The position numbers and the translations under genes are program-made. The notes under the pieces were generated by a model. That model searched no databases. It was not told the DNA's origin and saw only the letters and a list, made by a program, of their open reading frames with translations. A stretch of DNA of 24,424 nt from a virus. Taxonomy: Duplodnaviria > Caudoviricetes. The stretch is taken from IMG/VR virus record IMGVR_UViG_3300050032_000067, positions 1 through 24,424 of that record, one strand, 5' to 3'. Below, in pieces: positions 13,863 through 23,597 of the stretch. Numbering within the stretch: position 1 is the first letter of the stretch; every line of letters starts with the position of its first letter.

Positions 13863-16766
13863 TTAAGTTGTTGTTATTGGAATTTGCCCAGGAGAATTAC
13901 TATTTTGCATATTTGAAACTTGTAATCCGGCATAATCAGCATTTCTATAAATTTGATTGTGTGTTAATAATACTTGACCGTCCGGAATTCCAATAAAGTT
14001 TCCTTGATATACTGGAACTGGAAAGAAAGCTTTATAATTTACAACACCATTTGGAAGATTTGCGTAAATTGTTTGTGTAATTTTTGTACCATTTGGGCAA
14101 GCGGCTGATAAAGCACCTGAATTAAGAATTACAAACATTATATTATTGATTGGTTCAGCAGTACCTGGAACATAATGTAAATCAATATCTCCCCACTGAT
14201 CTGTATAGTGATGATCTCCAGTAGCTTGTATAATATCTCTCTGTCCTATCCATATATTTGTCTGAAGTTTTACAGAACCATTTTTAGGAAGATAATTATA
14301 ACTATTACAAAGTCCGGAATCAACATCTGTGAGCCAACCAGTAATAGGAGAACCATCTAAAAGATATGTAGGTTGAATAACTTTAACATTCGGAAAAAAT
14401 GCACTTGAAGCACTTGAAATAGTTGATGGATAATCAAATTGAGTTATTGCTACACCACCATATCTTTTTATTAATAAAATAATTGGATTTATTGTTTCTA
14501 GATATAAATAATTATCTTGAACAGTTCCGTAATATCTTATTGTATTTCTACTTCTATAATCATTTGATAAAGCTATATCAGCACTTGTAGTAATACTTTG
14601 AAAAGATTGAGTACAGGCTGAAGCATATCCTCTCCAATGTGTTAAAATTTCTGAAGTAGATTTACATGCTGTTAAATTAGTGTTTATTGCAATTGGTGTA
14701 CTTATATATAAACCATTATTATATGTAAATGAAGTATTTTGAACTGGCTGAGAATTTTGCCAATCAACTATTGAATAACCATTTGATACAGCATTTGTCC
14801 AATTATCTACAGAAGTACATTCTACAAATTTTAATGTAGTCGTTGTCGATACTGAATAATGAATTGGCCCATTTAAATTAAAATTACAAAAATTAAATTG
14901 CAAAAGTGTTCCAGAAAAATTTGATAAAGGAACTCCAGAAATATCATAAGTATTACTTTTTAAGAAATTTGTATAAGAATGTGTAAGTCCTTCCGAAAAA
15001 TATATTTGAGAAATAGCATTTATAGTTGAGTTAGAAATATTTCCGAAAACATTTCCAGAAAAATTCGTAAAAGTTGATTTATCTACAGTATTAACATTTG
15101 TAACATTAGAAATAATTGATTTATCTACAGTTACTGGATTTACAGAATAAAGAGTTCCAGAAATTATAGAAGAATTTACAATAGAATTTGTAGCAGAAAT
15201 ATTTCCAATCGTATAAGAATTTGTTAATATTAAATTCTGAAAATTTCCTATATTTCCAGAAATTTGTGTGTAAACAGTATTAAAAAATGATGCGGAAAGA
15301 CTTGTAATATTTGAACCAGATGTTCCAAAAATGTTTACATAATTTAATTCGGAAAGATTATTAAAATTTATTTCAGCAGCACTTGTTCCAGACACTCCAG
15401 AAATACTTTGTAAAATAATACTTTGAGAAGGAATTAAAGAAATATTTGTTATATCATTTACAAAGTTTTCCGAAAGTAAATTACTAGGACCATTTATAAT
15501 AACTTGATTTGGAATAGTTAATGTTGAACTTCCTACCAAATATTTGTTTACTAAATTAAAATTTCCAGATTTCAGACTTGCAAATAATGGTATATCATCT
15601 GCCGAAAGGCCGGTTCCATTTGCAGAAAAGAATTCAGGAGATAATCCAGCCGGGACAGAAATATTTCCTACAGTTGTTAAATTCTGAAAATTTATTATAT
15701 TAACTTTTGAAGAACCATCTGTAATATTTGGAATAGTTACATTCTTTCCAGTTCCATTTATGTTAATCGTTCCTGAAGTTGAACCATTCGGAACATACAA
15801 CGACAAATATGATGGCAAAATGAAGTCTAAAGTAATATTAACTTGCTTGTCCATTTCCATAACATTCGGGACAGTGCTTGAATTAATCCATTTTGTAACT
15901 CTACCTTCGTCATTTGAAGCATCCACCCAAGAATATTTTATAGCTTCTGTCACTCCAGTTTGAAAAATAGGTTGAACGTTCAATCCCCAAACTTTTGATC
16001 CACAATCTATTAAAAATGTATTAGAAGTAAATGTAAAAGTTATTCCGGCAGTTGAAATCATCTTCGCATTACTTGTAAAACTCCATGTAGAGTTGTATGC
16101 AGAGGTTGTATAATTTTGATTAAGATATGTGCTACCATCTATTTCAACGTCTTTAGCGTATCTCTGAGAGGCTTGTGCGGACTTTGTTAGATATATCCCT
16201 TGATCTATTGAAGTATTATATACAAGACCAAACCATCTTGGATCAATTGTTTCAACATTATATCGAATATATCTTCCTGTAACATTTGGGGTAAGTGTTA
16301 TTCCATCATCATCTGAATCTGTTGAGCTTTGGTCTAGATAAAATAGCCCCTCGCCACCGTCAGCTTGATTAACTCTTCCTTGGACATAAACCAAAGCATA
16401 TGCATCAGTAATTGCTCTAACATCTGCGTAAGTATTGACCAATAGAAACTGATTATTTGCGAAACCACCCGAACCAGATGTTATAATTGAGTCGTTCAAC
16501 CCTGCTTCTATATCTACCGGGGGGCCGACTTGTGCGGAGGTAGAATCGTATTGCCAAATAGTATATGAACCAAATAAGTAAACAGGTGCAGTTCCAGCAG
16601 AATCTAAGTTAATAGGATTACTTTGGGGGGCAATTCCATATATATCATAATATGTTGCTTTTGGTGTGGTAGTGCCTAGCGCATATGTGTATAAAAATCC
16701 ATTAGCATTGGGCTTCCCATCATCTAAGAAACATTGTAGTCTAGCCGATGGTAAACGTGTGAGCAT
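13863..16766 (-). CDS. Tailspike-like protein (967 aa)
   Basis: Attachment domain (GKPNANGFLYTY..GTTTPKATYYD..NPINLDSAG), DGGEGLFY..DDDG..GRY domain, IDPRWFG and PEFFSANG..DD motifs that typically precede a beta-helix, and an Asn/Ser/Ile-rich body. Confidence 0.8.
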   Translation of the reverse strand: MLTRLPSARLQCFLDDGKPNANGFLYTYALGTTTPKATYYDIYGIAPQSNPINLDSAGTAPVYLFGSYTIWQYDSTSAQVGPPVDIEAGLNDSIITSGSGGFANNQFLLVNTYADVRAITDAYALVYVQGRVNQADGGEGLFYLDQSSTDSDDDGITLTPNVTGRYIRYNVETIDPRWFGLVYNTSIDQGIYLTKSAQASQRYAKDVEIDGSTYLNQNYTTSAYNSTWSFTSNAKMISTAGITFTFTSNTFLIDCGSKVWGLNVQPIFQTGVTEAIKYSWVDASNDEGRVTKWINSSTVPNVMEMDKQVNITLDFILPSYLSLYVPNGSTSGTININGTGKNVTIPNITDGSSKVNIINFQNLTTVGNISVPAGLSPEFFSANGTGLSADDIPLFASLKSGNFNLVNKYLVGSSTLTIPNQVIINGPSNLLSENFVNDITNISLIPSQSIILQSISGVSGTSAAEINFNNLSELNYVNIFGTSGSNITSLSASFFNTVYTQISGNIGNFQNLILTNSYTIGNISATNSIVNSSIISGTLYSVNPVTVDKSIISNVTNVNTVDKSTFTNFSGNVFGNISNSTINAISQIYFSEGLTHSYTNFLKSNTYDISGVPLSNFSGTLLQFNFCNFNLNGPIHYSVSTTTTLKFVECTSVDNWTNAVSNGYSIVDWQNSQPVQNTSFTYNNGLYISTPIAINTNLTACKSTSEILTHWRGYASACTQSFQSITTSADIALSNDYRSRNTIRYYGTVQDNYLYLETINPIILLIKRYGGVAITQFDYPSTISSASSAFFPNVKVIQPTYLLDGSPITGWLTDVDSGLCNSYNYLPKNGSVKLQTNIWIGQRDIIQATGDHHYTDQWGDIDLHYVPGTAEPINNIMFVILNSGALSAACPNGTKITQTIYANLPNGVVNYKAFFPVPVYQGNFIGIPDGQVLLTHNQIYRNADYAGLQVSNMQNSNSPGQIPITTT

Positions 16767-16853
16767 TTATAATATTTCCTTTTGCAGATTTCTATTATAT
16801 TTAGAGTTTTTGAAAATATTTCTTGAAAATCTTCCTAAAGTCGAAGAAAGTCC

Positions 16854-16882
16854 TTGACCAGAGAGATTAAATTTGTTATAAT
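16854..16882 (+). promoter_or_regulatory. Sigma70-type promoter, near-copy of 1456-1484
   Basis: TTGACC, 17-bp spacer, TG-n-TATAAT; 32/36 identical to 1449-1484. Confidence 0.8.
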
Positions 16883-16915
16883 ATAAATAGTCAGGTAACG
16901 AGAAAGGAGATTACA

Positions 16916-17080
16916 ATGTTTTCTATTATATATTTTATCCCTATAGCAATGGCAGCAATTTGGAGTTTATTCGATGAGGACGGGGGACAAGTATATAAAT
17001 CAAAAAAAATAGAATATAAAATAGATGAATGGATAAAAGACATGGAAGAAATTGAAGAAAAAAGAAACCGCCGTATATAG
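16916..17080 (+). CDS. Small single-pass membrane protein (54 aa), moron-like, not in ORF track
   Basis: AAAGGAG RBS; MFSIIYFIPIAMAAIWSLF hydrophobic N-terminus then a charged tail; has its own promoter. Confidence 0.75.
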   Translation: MFSIIYFIPIAMAAIWSLFDEDGGQVYKSKKIEYKIDEWIKDMEEIEEKRNRRI

Positions 17081-17103
17081 CAAACATTTACAATAGATGA
17101 TAT

Positions 17104-18084
17104 TTAAAAATTATATTTTCTTAAATAATCTGCTCCAATTCCGGAAAATAAAGGAGCTATTTTTGAAAGTGTAGGAGCCACAATTGGAGCGCTTTTTGAA
17201 AGAGCATATGGAATAGCTTTCGGAAATACATAATCTGTTCCCAACGCTGCTAAAGTTAATGGTAATACGGATGGAAAATGTGAATGTAACATTCCTGCGC
17301 CAATTGTTTCTAATATTTTTGTTTGTGTACCTCCTAAAGGACTTGTAATAGGATTAGGTTTAGAAATATTAATATAATCTGTTGCCAATGCATCTGGATT
17401 AGCTCTAAGTCTCGGGATATCAACACCCATACTGTTATACATACTTAAAACATCTGGACTATAATTTAATGTAGCTTCTTTAACTGTTTTTCCTTCTAAA
17501 ATTTTAGGTGCTTGTTCCGATGCTGCTAGTTGGTTTAAAAAATTACCTCCCTTATCTCCAGCTTCTTCTAATTTTTGTCCGGCAATATGTCCAATACCAC
17601 TTGCTAAAGCTCCTAATCCACCTTGTAATAAACCTCCAGATAAAGTCGGAGAATTTGTATTACCTAAATATCCACCAACTTGTCCTAATCCCTGATATAA
17701 AGCAGCTTTTAATGGAGATAATTCTGGCTGAGCTAATGAAATAATATTAGCAGGATCGGCAGCAGCATTTTCGAGAGTTCCATTCGTATTAGCATTATTT
17801 TGAAATTCATCTAGTTCTTGTGTAGCCCCTTTTGCAAAACCATCTCCACCCAAAAATGAACTGACTCCTCCAATTAAACCAGCAATCCCAGATTCAGGAT
17901 ATGCAACAGCCTTTCGGAGAAGTGGATATACATTTGAAATATTAAATTTATTAAGATCGTCGGTAGTTTTTAATCCTTGAATATTTTGCGGTGAATTATT
18001 ATTAATAGTATTTCCATTATCATCGAGAAGAACTGGTGAATTATTATTAATAGTATTTCCATTATCATCGAGAAGAATTGCCAT
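17104..18084 (-). CDS. Putative third ejection/DNA-transfer protein (326 aa)
   Basis: ATG 18084 overlaps the upstream stop (TAATG). Gly/Ala/Leu-rich helices; position after two ejection genes. Confidence 0.6.
   Translation of the reverse strand: MAILLDDNGNTINNNSPVLLDDNGNTINNNSPQNIQGLKTTDDLNKFNISNVYPLLRKAVAYPESGIAGLIGGVSSFLGGDGFAKGATQELDEFQNNANTNGTLENAAADPANIISLAQPELSPLKAALYQGLGQVGGYLGNTNSPTLSGGLLQGGLGALASGIGHIAGQKLEEAGDKGGNFLNQLAASEQAPKILEGKTVKEATLNYSPDVLSMYNSMGVDIPRLRANPDALATDYINISKPNPITSPLGGTQTKILETIGAGMLHSHFPSVLPLTLAALGTDYVFPKAIPYALSKSAPIVAPTLSKIAPLFSGIGADYLRKYNF
17990..18077. repeat. Tandem duplication, 43 bp exact, period 45
   Basis: Encodes LLDDNGNTINNNSP twice at the N-terminus. Confidence 0.92.
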
Positions 18085-20027
18085 TATTGTTGCTCCCAGG
18101 CAGAACCATTCCATTTTCCTTTCTTACCATTTGGGAATACTTTTATATCACCTATTTTTTTTGTAACATCTCCAAGATTTTTATCGATTATATTATTGTC
18201 TTTTATTCCATAAGAATTATAAAAAGGAATAACAACATTTTTCTTAATTATTGAAGGAACATTTACTACAAGTCTGGCTGATTCTTTTGGATTATTTAAA
18301 ATATATGTTTTAAGAGCTTCTGTTGGACTTGTTGCATTATATACAGATTCCGGCAATCCAGATTCTTTTAATGATCTTCCTAAATCTGCTTCAGTTCCAG
18401 TTGCTCCTGCTACCTGTTGCACCGATCTCAAAAATGATGCTACTTGCTGATTTAATTCTTGCTGTTGTCTAGCATTTGTAGGATCAAAATTATTCAAAAA
18501 TGTTGATGTTACTTGTGCTTGATTTTTTAATGCTATTTGACTTGAGGTTAATTTCTCAACATTGTTAGAATTTGCTACAGATTCTGCTGATCCTAGAGTT
18601 CCAAATTTAGCCGCATCTGTCCCCCATTTTGTTGCTTCATCTGTTGCTACTTTTTTATTAGTAAAATAGGATTGTAATTGATTCTCTTGCCCAGCAATAC
18701 CTTGTGCTTGTGATTTTTGAGATTGCTGTTCTGAAGTAGCCAATCCAAGCGCCTGAAGATTTTTAGTTCTAACTGTGGAAATTTGTGCATTATAATCTGC
18801 AATAGCTTTAGCATTTTGAGAATCTATATCAGCACGTTTTTGAGGATCTGTTTCGAAGTTATTTTTTAAAATTGGTGCTGGAATATCTGAAACTCCCTTA
18901 TTTGCAAATTGTTCTACAGCATTTTGTATATCGTTTGTAGATAAACTTTTCGGAGCTACACCATTTTGAGAAAGCTTTCTAACAACATTTAATTTATCTG
19001 AATCATTTAATGCTCCTGCATCAAAAGTCGTTCCTGGTAAACTTTTCGGAATGTTTTGTGAAGGTGTTGGATAAGATCCTTGAAATGTTCCAGGCGCGAC
19101 ACCTCCAAAACCAACTTGAGAACCCATTGCTAAAGGTGCAGGAGCTGACGAAGGTGCTGATGTTGAAATATCTGGTAAAGTAAATGTTCCGGAATTATCA
19201 CTAGATGCTGGAGGAGTTACTTGAACGGTATTTCCAGGTTGGACTTGGCCATTAGCATTATCTCCAGAATTTGAACCATACGCTGCGGCAATATTTGCAG
19301 GAGTTGGTGTCATATTTTGAGCTTTAGCTTGACGAAAAGCTTTAAGAGTATTATTGCCAAATTTTCCATCGACAGTTGTTCCGATTTGTGCCTGTATTGC
19401 TTTGTAAGTTGCAGGATCCTTTCTGGAAAGTATCATCAAATCACCATCGGAATATTTTGATAAATCTATTCCAGAAGGTGTAGGAGCATTTGTGGGAGCA
19501 TTTGAACTGGCTGGTGTAGAATTATCATTAGATGCTGGAGGAGTATAAGAAGGAGTCCCAGCAGGTGTCGAAGGAGTTGCAATAGTAGGTTTGAAAGCAG
19601 TTCCTTGACCAACAGCAATACCAGCAGCTTTTTGACCAGCTAAAATCTGATTTAGTCCAGCTTGATTTGTTGAATTTGTAATACGCGCATTCGAAAGAGC
19701 TTGCAAAGTAGGATCAATAAGATTTCCGAAACCTTGTTTATTAAGACTATCAGCAATACCGGCAGCATCTATAATAGGCTGACCATTTGGATCTATAACA
19801 GGATTTCCAGAAGTATCCAAGGAATATTTTATTAAATTTCCTTTAGAATCTTTTTTATATCCTGCTGTAGCAATTGCCTTATTAACTGCAAATTGTCCAT
19901 TTAATTTTTGCATATCCGACATATTTGATAATACATCTGATATTCCCGTATTTTGTGGATTATTTGCTGTGAATAAAAAGTTTCCTAAAGTTGTTGTAGG
20001 ACCTTGGTTTGATGTTGTATCAGCCAT
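18084..20027 (-). CDS. Putative ejection protein (P22 gp20 position, 647 aa)
   Basis: Gln/Ala/Asn-rich with Pro/Ser/Thr linkers; internal VDGKFGNNTLKA motif; synteny. Confidence 0.6.
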   Translation of the reverse strand: MADTTSNQGPTTTLGNFLFTANNPQNTGISDVLSNMSDMQKLNGQFAVNKAIATAGYKKDSKGNLIKYSLDTSGNPVIDPNGQPIIDAAGIADSLNKQGFGNLIDPTLQALSNARITNSTNQAGLNQILAGQKAAGIAVGQGTAFKPTIATPSTPAGTPSYTPPASNDNSTPASSNAPTNAPTPSGIDLSKYSDGDLMILSRKDPATYKAIQAQIGTTVDGKFGNNTLKAFRQAKAQNMTPTPANIAAAYGSNSGDNANGQVQPGNTVQVTPPASSDNSGTFTLPDISTSAPSSAPAPLAMGSQVGFGGVAPGTFQGSYPTPSQNIPKSLPGTTFDAGALNDSDKLNVVRKLSQNGVAPKSLSTNDIQNAVEQFANKGVSDIPAPILKNNFETDPQKRADIDSQNAKAIADYNAQISTVRTKNLQALGLATSEQQSQKSQAQGIAGQENQLQSYFTNKKVATDEATKWGTDAAKFGTLGSAESVANSNNVEKLTSSQIALKNQAQVTSTFLNNFDPTNARQQQELNQQVASFLRSVQQVAGATGTEADLGRSLKESGLPESVYNATSPTEALKTYILNNPKESARLVVNVPSIIKKNVVIPFYNSYGIKDNNIIDKNLGDVTKKIGDIKVFPNGKKGKWNGSAWEQQ

Positions 20028-20848
20028 TATGATAGACCTCCAGTTCCAGTTGCACCACCGGCAGAACCTGGAGCAGAACCTCCGAAATATGCTCCAAGAT
20101 TTTGAAACAATCCATTTTTACCACCTAGGAAATTACCAGCATTATTCCACATATTGTTCTGAGCTTGCCCTTGTATAGATTGACTTCCAGCTGCCATATT
20201 TCCTAATCCTGTATAAAGTCCATTTAATTGTGTTGCTGTATTTTCTCCCACACCATTCAAGGCATTTGAGGCAGTGTATCCAGCATTTACTAAATTACCT
20301 TGATTAGCAATGTTTTGATTCTGATATCCCATATTATTTGTATATATTTGCTGATTTTGATTAAATTGTCTATTAGCATCTGTATTATATCTATCGTAAG
20401 CATTTTGATATTCTTGCGATGCCATATCCTGACCTCTTGTTTGAAGACTTTTTAGCGCTCCTGAACCAAGTGTCATTCCTTTGCTTGCAGTAGATCCTTC
20501 AATTGCCTGATTCGCTTGATCTACTCGAAAAGCATATCCTGGATCTTGCCAATTACTTTCGTTAAATGTGTTTGAAACAGTTGGATTAGCTGCCTGAGTA
20601 TAATTATTAACAGAATTTTGATATTGTGGAAGCTCTGTGGCACCAGCTTGTATATATGGATTAAGATTACCTTGAGCAGTATTGTAAACACCATTAGTAA
20701 AATTAACTCCAGGTTGAACTTGCTGTTGATATGCAGCATTAGCAGCTTTGGCAGCATCAGCTTGAGAGTTACTTCCTAAAAAACTCCCAAGACCTTGAAC
20801 CAAACTTCCACCCGTAGATGCTAGTAATGCAATTGTCGCTGGATCCAT
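20027..20848 (-). CDS. DNA transfer/ejection protein (P22 gp7-like)
   Basis: N-terminal Gly/Ala hydrophobic segment, LNPYIQAG, and DPGYAFR...GALKSL...ASQEYQNAYDRY. Confidence 0.8.
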   Translation of the reverse strand: MDPATIALLASTGGSLVQGLGSFLGSNSQADAAKAANAAYQQQVQPGVNFTNGVYNTAQGNLNPYIQAGATELPQYQNSVNNYTQAANPTVSNTFNESNWQDPGYAFRVDQANQAIEGSTASKGMTLGSGALKSLQTRGQDMASQEYQNAYDRYNTDANRQFNQNQQIYTNNMGYQNQNIANQGNLVNAGYTASNALNGVGENTATQLNGLYTGLGNMAAGSQSIQGQAQNNMWNNAGNFLGGKNGLFQNLGAYFGGSAPGSAGGATGTGGLS

Positions 20849-20908
20849 TTATTATACCTCTATTCTATTTATAAATTTTAGAAAACTTTTACAAAAACTA
20901 TACATAAT

Positions 20909-21286
20909 TTATCTGTTAACCTGTTGAATTATTATTTGATGATTTATTTTTATATTACTATTCGGCAAAACTATTTCGGAATCATTTTTAGAAAGATTTA
21001 CGAAAGTATAGTTCCAATTTCCAGAAGAATCTTGTAAAAAATATGGTAAAATCTGATCTAAAGCGGCACTATAAGGCAATGTTAAAGATATTCCGCCTGG
21101 GCCATTATAAATTATTGTTAGATTATTTTCATTAGTTGTATAAAAATAATTAGAATCATTTCCTTGTTTTACGGTGCAACTTTCTACAAGATTTTGCGAA
21201 AGATTTCTAAACCATATATACCAAGGTTGAGTCAAAACATTCGAACTTGTTAAATCATTTTTTAATGGTGCTGGTTGAAGTAACAT
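20909..21286 (-). CDS. Small tail-associated protein (gp26 position)
   Basis: PAPL...LTQPWYIWFRNL N-terminus as seen in genes following gp10-like hubs; TAATG coupling. Confidence 0.55.
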   Translation of the reverse strand: MLLQPAPLKNDLTSSNVLTQPWYIWFRNLSQNLVESCTVKQGNDSNYFYTTNENNLTIIYNGPGGISLTLPYSAALDQILPYFLQDSSGNWNYTFVNLSKNDSEIVLPNSNIKINHQIIIQQVNR

Positions 21287-22779
21287 TAGAAATCCAACTC
21301 CTCAAGATCTAAGGTAAATCCTACCAAAATAACTTGAATAGGATCAGAGACAATAACTCTATAAACTCTATTTCGCGAATGTCCTAAACATCTAAAAATT
21401 GTCCGAGTTTGATAATTTCCAATTGCTCCAATATCCGCGGTTCTTCCGTTTTGAAAAGTAAATCCAGAATCATCAGAAGTATATAAAATACATTGAGGAT
21501 TAACTCCATATCCTAATTGTAAACTATTTATTAGTCCTACACCTTGTTCGAAAATTATTTGAATAGAATTATGCCGAACTCTTTTCTGATTTATTTGTAT
21601 AACTGGAGTTGTTCTAGTTCGTTTTATTTGATTATATCCCACACCATTTGGATTATCGTTTAAGTAATAATCTACAGACAATTGATAAACGCCATCTCCA
21701 GTATTATCTCCAAAAATGTTTAATCCCCAAATATATGCTTGATAATATCCTTGCCATTTATGTTCTACTCCGAGAGTATCTAAAAATGTTCTTCGATGCC
21801 ATTGTCCAGTTGTCATATCATATACAATTGTTAAATCTGCACTAGGAAAAGTTAATACATAAAAAACGTGGCCAGCTTGTGCATAGGTATATCCGAAAGC
21901 ATCATTAATTTGTCCACCAGAATTATTTGCAAAACTATGTATAAGTTGTTCTATGCCTCTGTTTGATATCTTTACTGGAGTTAGTGCGTTGTTTGACCAT
22001 ACAGCAGCGTTACCAGCCTTATCAGAACCTAGCCAAAAGATATTGCCCTCTACTTTTGCAACGCTATATGGAGCACTACAACCGATATCTATTACTGCAC
22101 CTTCGTATCTTTGCCATTGTTGTGTAGTAATATCTCCAGTATCATAATGCACTTCTGTAGAATAACTTCCGAAAACCCACAATTGATTTGACAAACCTTT
22201 TATTGCAACTATATTATCAGGTAATCCTTCTTTGTCTGCAAAATTAAGAGGATCCCATGTCAAACCATCATTATTATTTGACCAATTGTAATTTATACTA
22301 TTCGGTTGATTTGCTAAAAACTGTGTATCAATACAATCGCAATGTGTGGCACCATTTACAAAAGTGTCTGGATCAATTTGTGAAAAAACATTCGTAGATA
22401 ATTCTAAAATATATCCGAAAGCTCCGTCTACTAAAAATAATTGATGGGTATTATCTACCATTCCAACTGTTCCAGAATATGTTGTGATACTTCCTTTAAT
22501 TAATCTCTGACCATTTTGAAGAATTTCCACAAGATTTGCTCCGAATACTCCAAAAAGTCTCTGGTCAGCAGTCCTATAAAGTCCTCGGCAAACATCTGTG
22601 GAAGTCTGTTGAGAAAATAATTGTAATCCTGGTATAGAAATATAATAATTAGGTATTTTAGAAGTTAATGTAATAGCTTTTTCGAGATATAAATTAATAC
22701 AATCTTCTACACCAATCGAATAATATGGAGAAGCATAAGGCGTGTCTCCAAATCCCATTAGTTTTTGATTAGCTGGCAT
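21286..22779 (-). CDS. Tail hub / packaged-DNA stabilisation protein (P22 gp10-like)
   Basis: CINLY, PGL, EGLPDNIVA, GCSAPYSVA, YAQAGHVFYVLTFP, TIVYD...WHRR, SDDSG, LGHSRNRVY; 497 aa. Confidence 0.9.
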   Translation of the reverse strand: MPANQKLMGFGDTPYASPYYSIGVEDCINLYLEKAITLTSKIPNYYISIPGLQLFSQQTSTDVCRGLYRTADQRLFGVFGANLVEILQNGQRLIKGSITTYSGTVGMVDNTHQLFLVDGAFGYILELSTNVFSQIDPDTFVNGATHCDCIDTQFLANQPNSINYNWSNNNDGLTWDPLNFADKEGLPDNIVAIKGLSNQLWVFGSYSTEVHYDTGDITTQQWQRYEGAVIDIGCSAPYSVAKVEGNIFWLGSDKAGNAAVWSNNALTPVKISNRGIEQLIHSFANNSGGQINDAFGYTYAQAGHVFYVLTFPSADLTIVYDMTTGQWHRRTFLDTLGVEHKWQGYYQAYIWGLNIFGDNTGDGVYQLSVDYYLNDNPNGVGYNQIKRTRTTPVIQINQKRVRHNSIQIIFEQGVGLINSLQLGYGVNPQCILYTSDDSGFTFQNGRTADIGAIGNYQTRTIFRCLGHSRNRVYRVIVSDPIQVILVGFTLDLEELDF

Positions 22780-23489
22780 TAAATTAGCCCTGCCAAACCA
22801 CTTAGATAGTTAAATCCACCCTCTCCACCAATATCATTTCTTAAAGTGCTCATTTCACGCATTAATTCACGTTCTTTCAAATGTTTTAATGCATCATTCG
22901 CTTCAGTTATCAACCCTGGTGATGGAGCTACACCAAAATAAGGTGCAGATTTTAGTGCCAATTGACTTACTAAAAATTGATTAAACTCTCTCGGCAAATT
23001 TGTATAATCATTTATCGTAGGATTTTCCGAAATTAAATAAGATCTTCCGTAAACTCTTACAAAAGCATTCTGTGCAAATCCTGGATAAAAATATAAAGTA
23101 ATAAACGGAAAATTATATAAAATATATACAGCTTCTGGAATAGCATTTAATGGTGTTATCGGAATTGCTCTGTAATCTTCATACTTTTTAATAGCTAATT
23201 TGTAATTTATCCCGTTAATTATTGCTACAACTTCTTTAATTTCGGCAGGTAACGTTGGAATAGTCCCTGAAATATTATTTGTAGTATCTGTTCCTATTGT
23301 TATTAAATTACTTGCCGAAACTACATAATCATATGGTGAATAATTTACAGATCTTATCGAAAACTCCTCTAGCATCATTTTATAATTATTCAACATTATA
23401 TTTGAAGACTCATTATCTAAAGCCTGGCCAAGATTTACTACACCATTTCTTGCAGCAGCTTGTTTAACTATATCGATGATTTGTAGCAT
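22779..23489 (-). CDS. Head-tail adaptor (P22 gp4-like)
   Basis: DIVKQA...GV...G N-terminus and LP......LALKSAPYFGV C-terminus; lies between coat and hub genes. Confidence 0.8.
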   Translation of the reverse strand: MLQIIDIVKQAAARNGVVNLGQALDNESSNIMLNNYKMMLEEFSIRSVNYSPYDYVVSASNLITIGTDTTNNISGTIPTLPAEIKEVVAIINGINYKLAIKKYEDYRAIPITPLNAIPEAVYILYNFPFITLYFYPGFAQNAFVRVYGRSYLISENPTINDYTNLPREFNQFLVSQLALKSAPYFGVAPSPGLITEANDALKHLKERELMREMSTLRNDIGGEGGFNYLSGLAGLI

Positions 23490-23525
23490 AGTAATTCCTT
23501 AAAAATTTAGAATCATTTATATTTA

Positions 23526-23586
23526 GTTTTTTAGAAAATTTTCTTGAAAAGTTTTTTGAAAAGTTTTTTGAAAGACTTTTGAAAAA
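23526..23586. repeat. Imperfect ~12-bp periodic T-tract/GAAAA repeat
   Basis: About five TTTT(T)GAAAA-like units in the intergenic region. Confidence 0.7.
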
Positions 23587-23597
23587 TAATTTATTAT

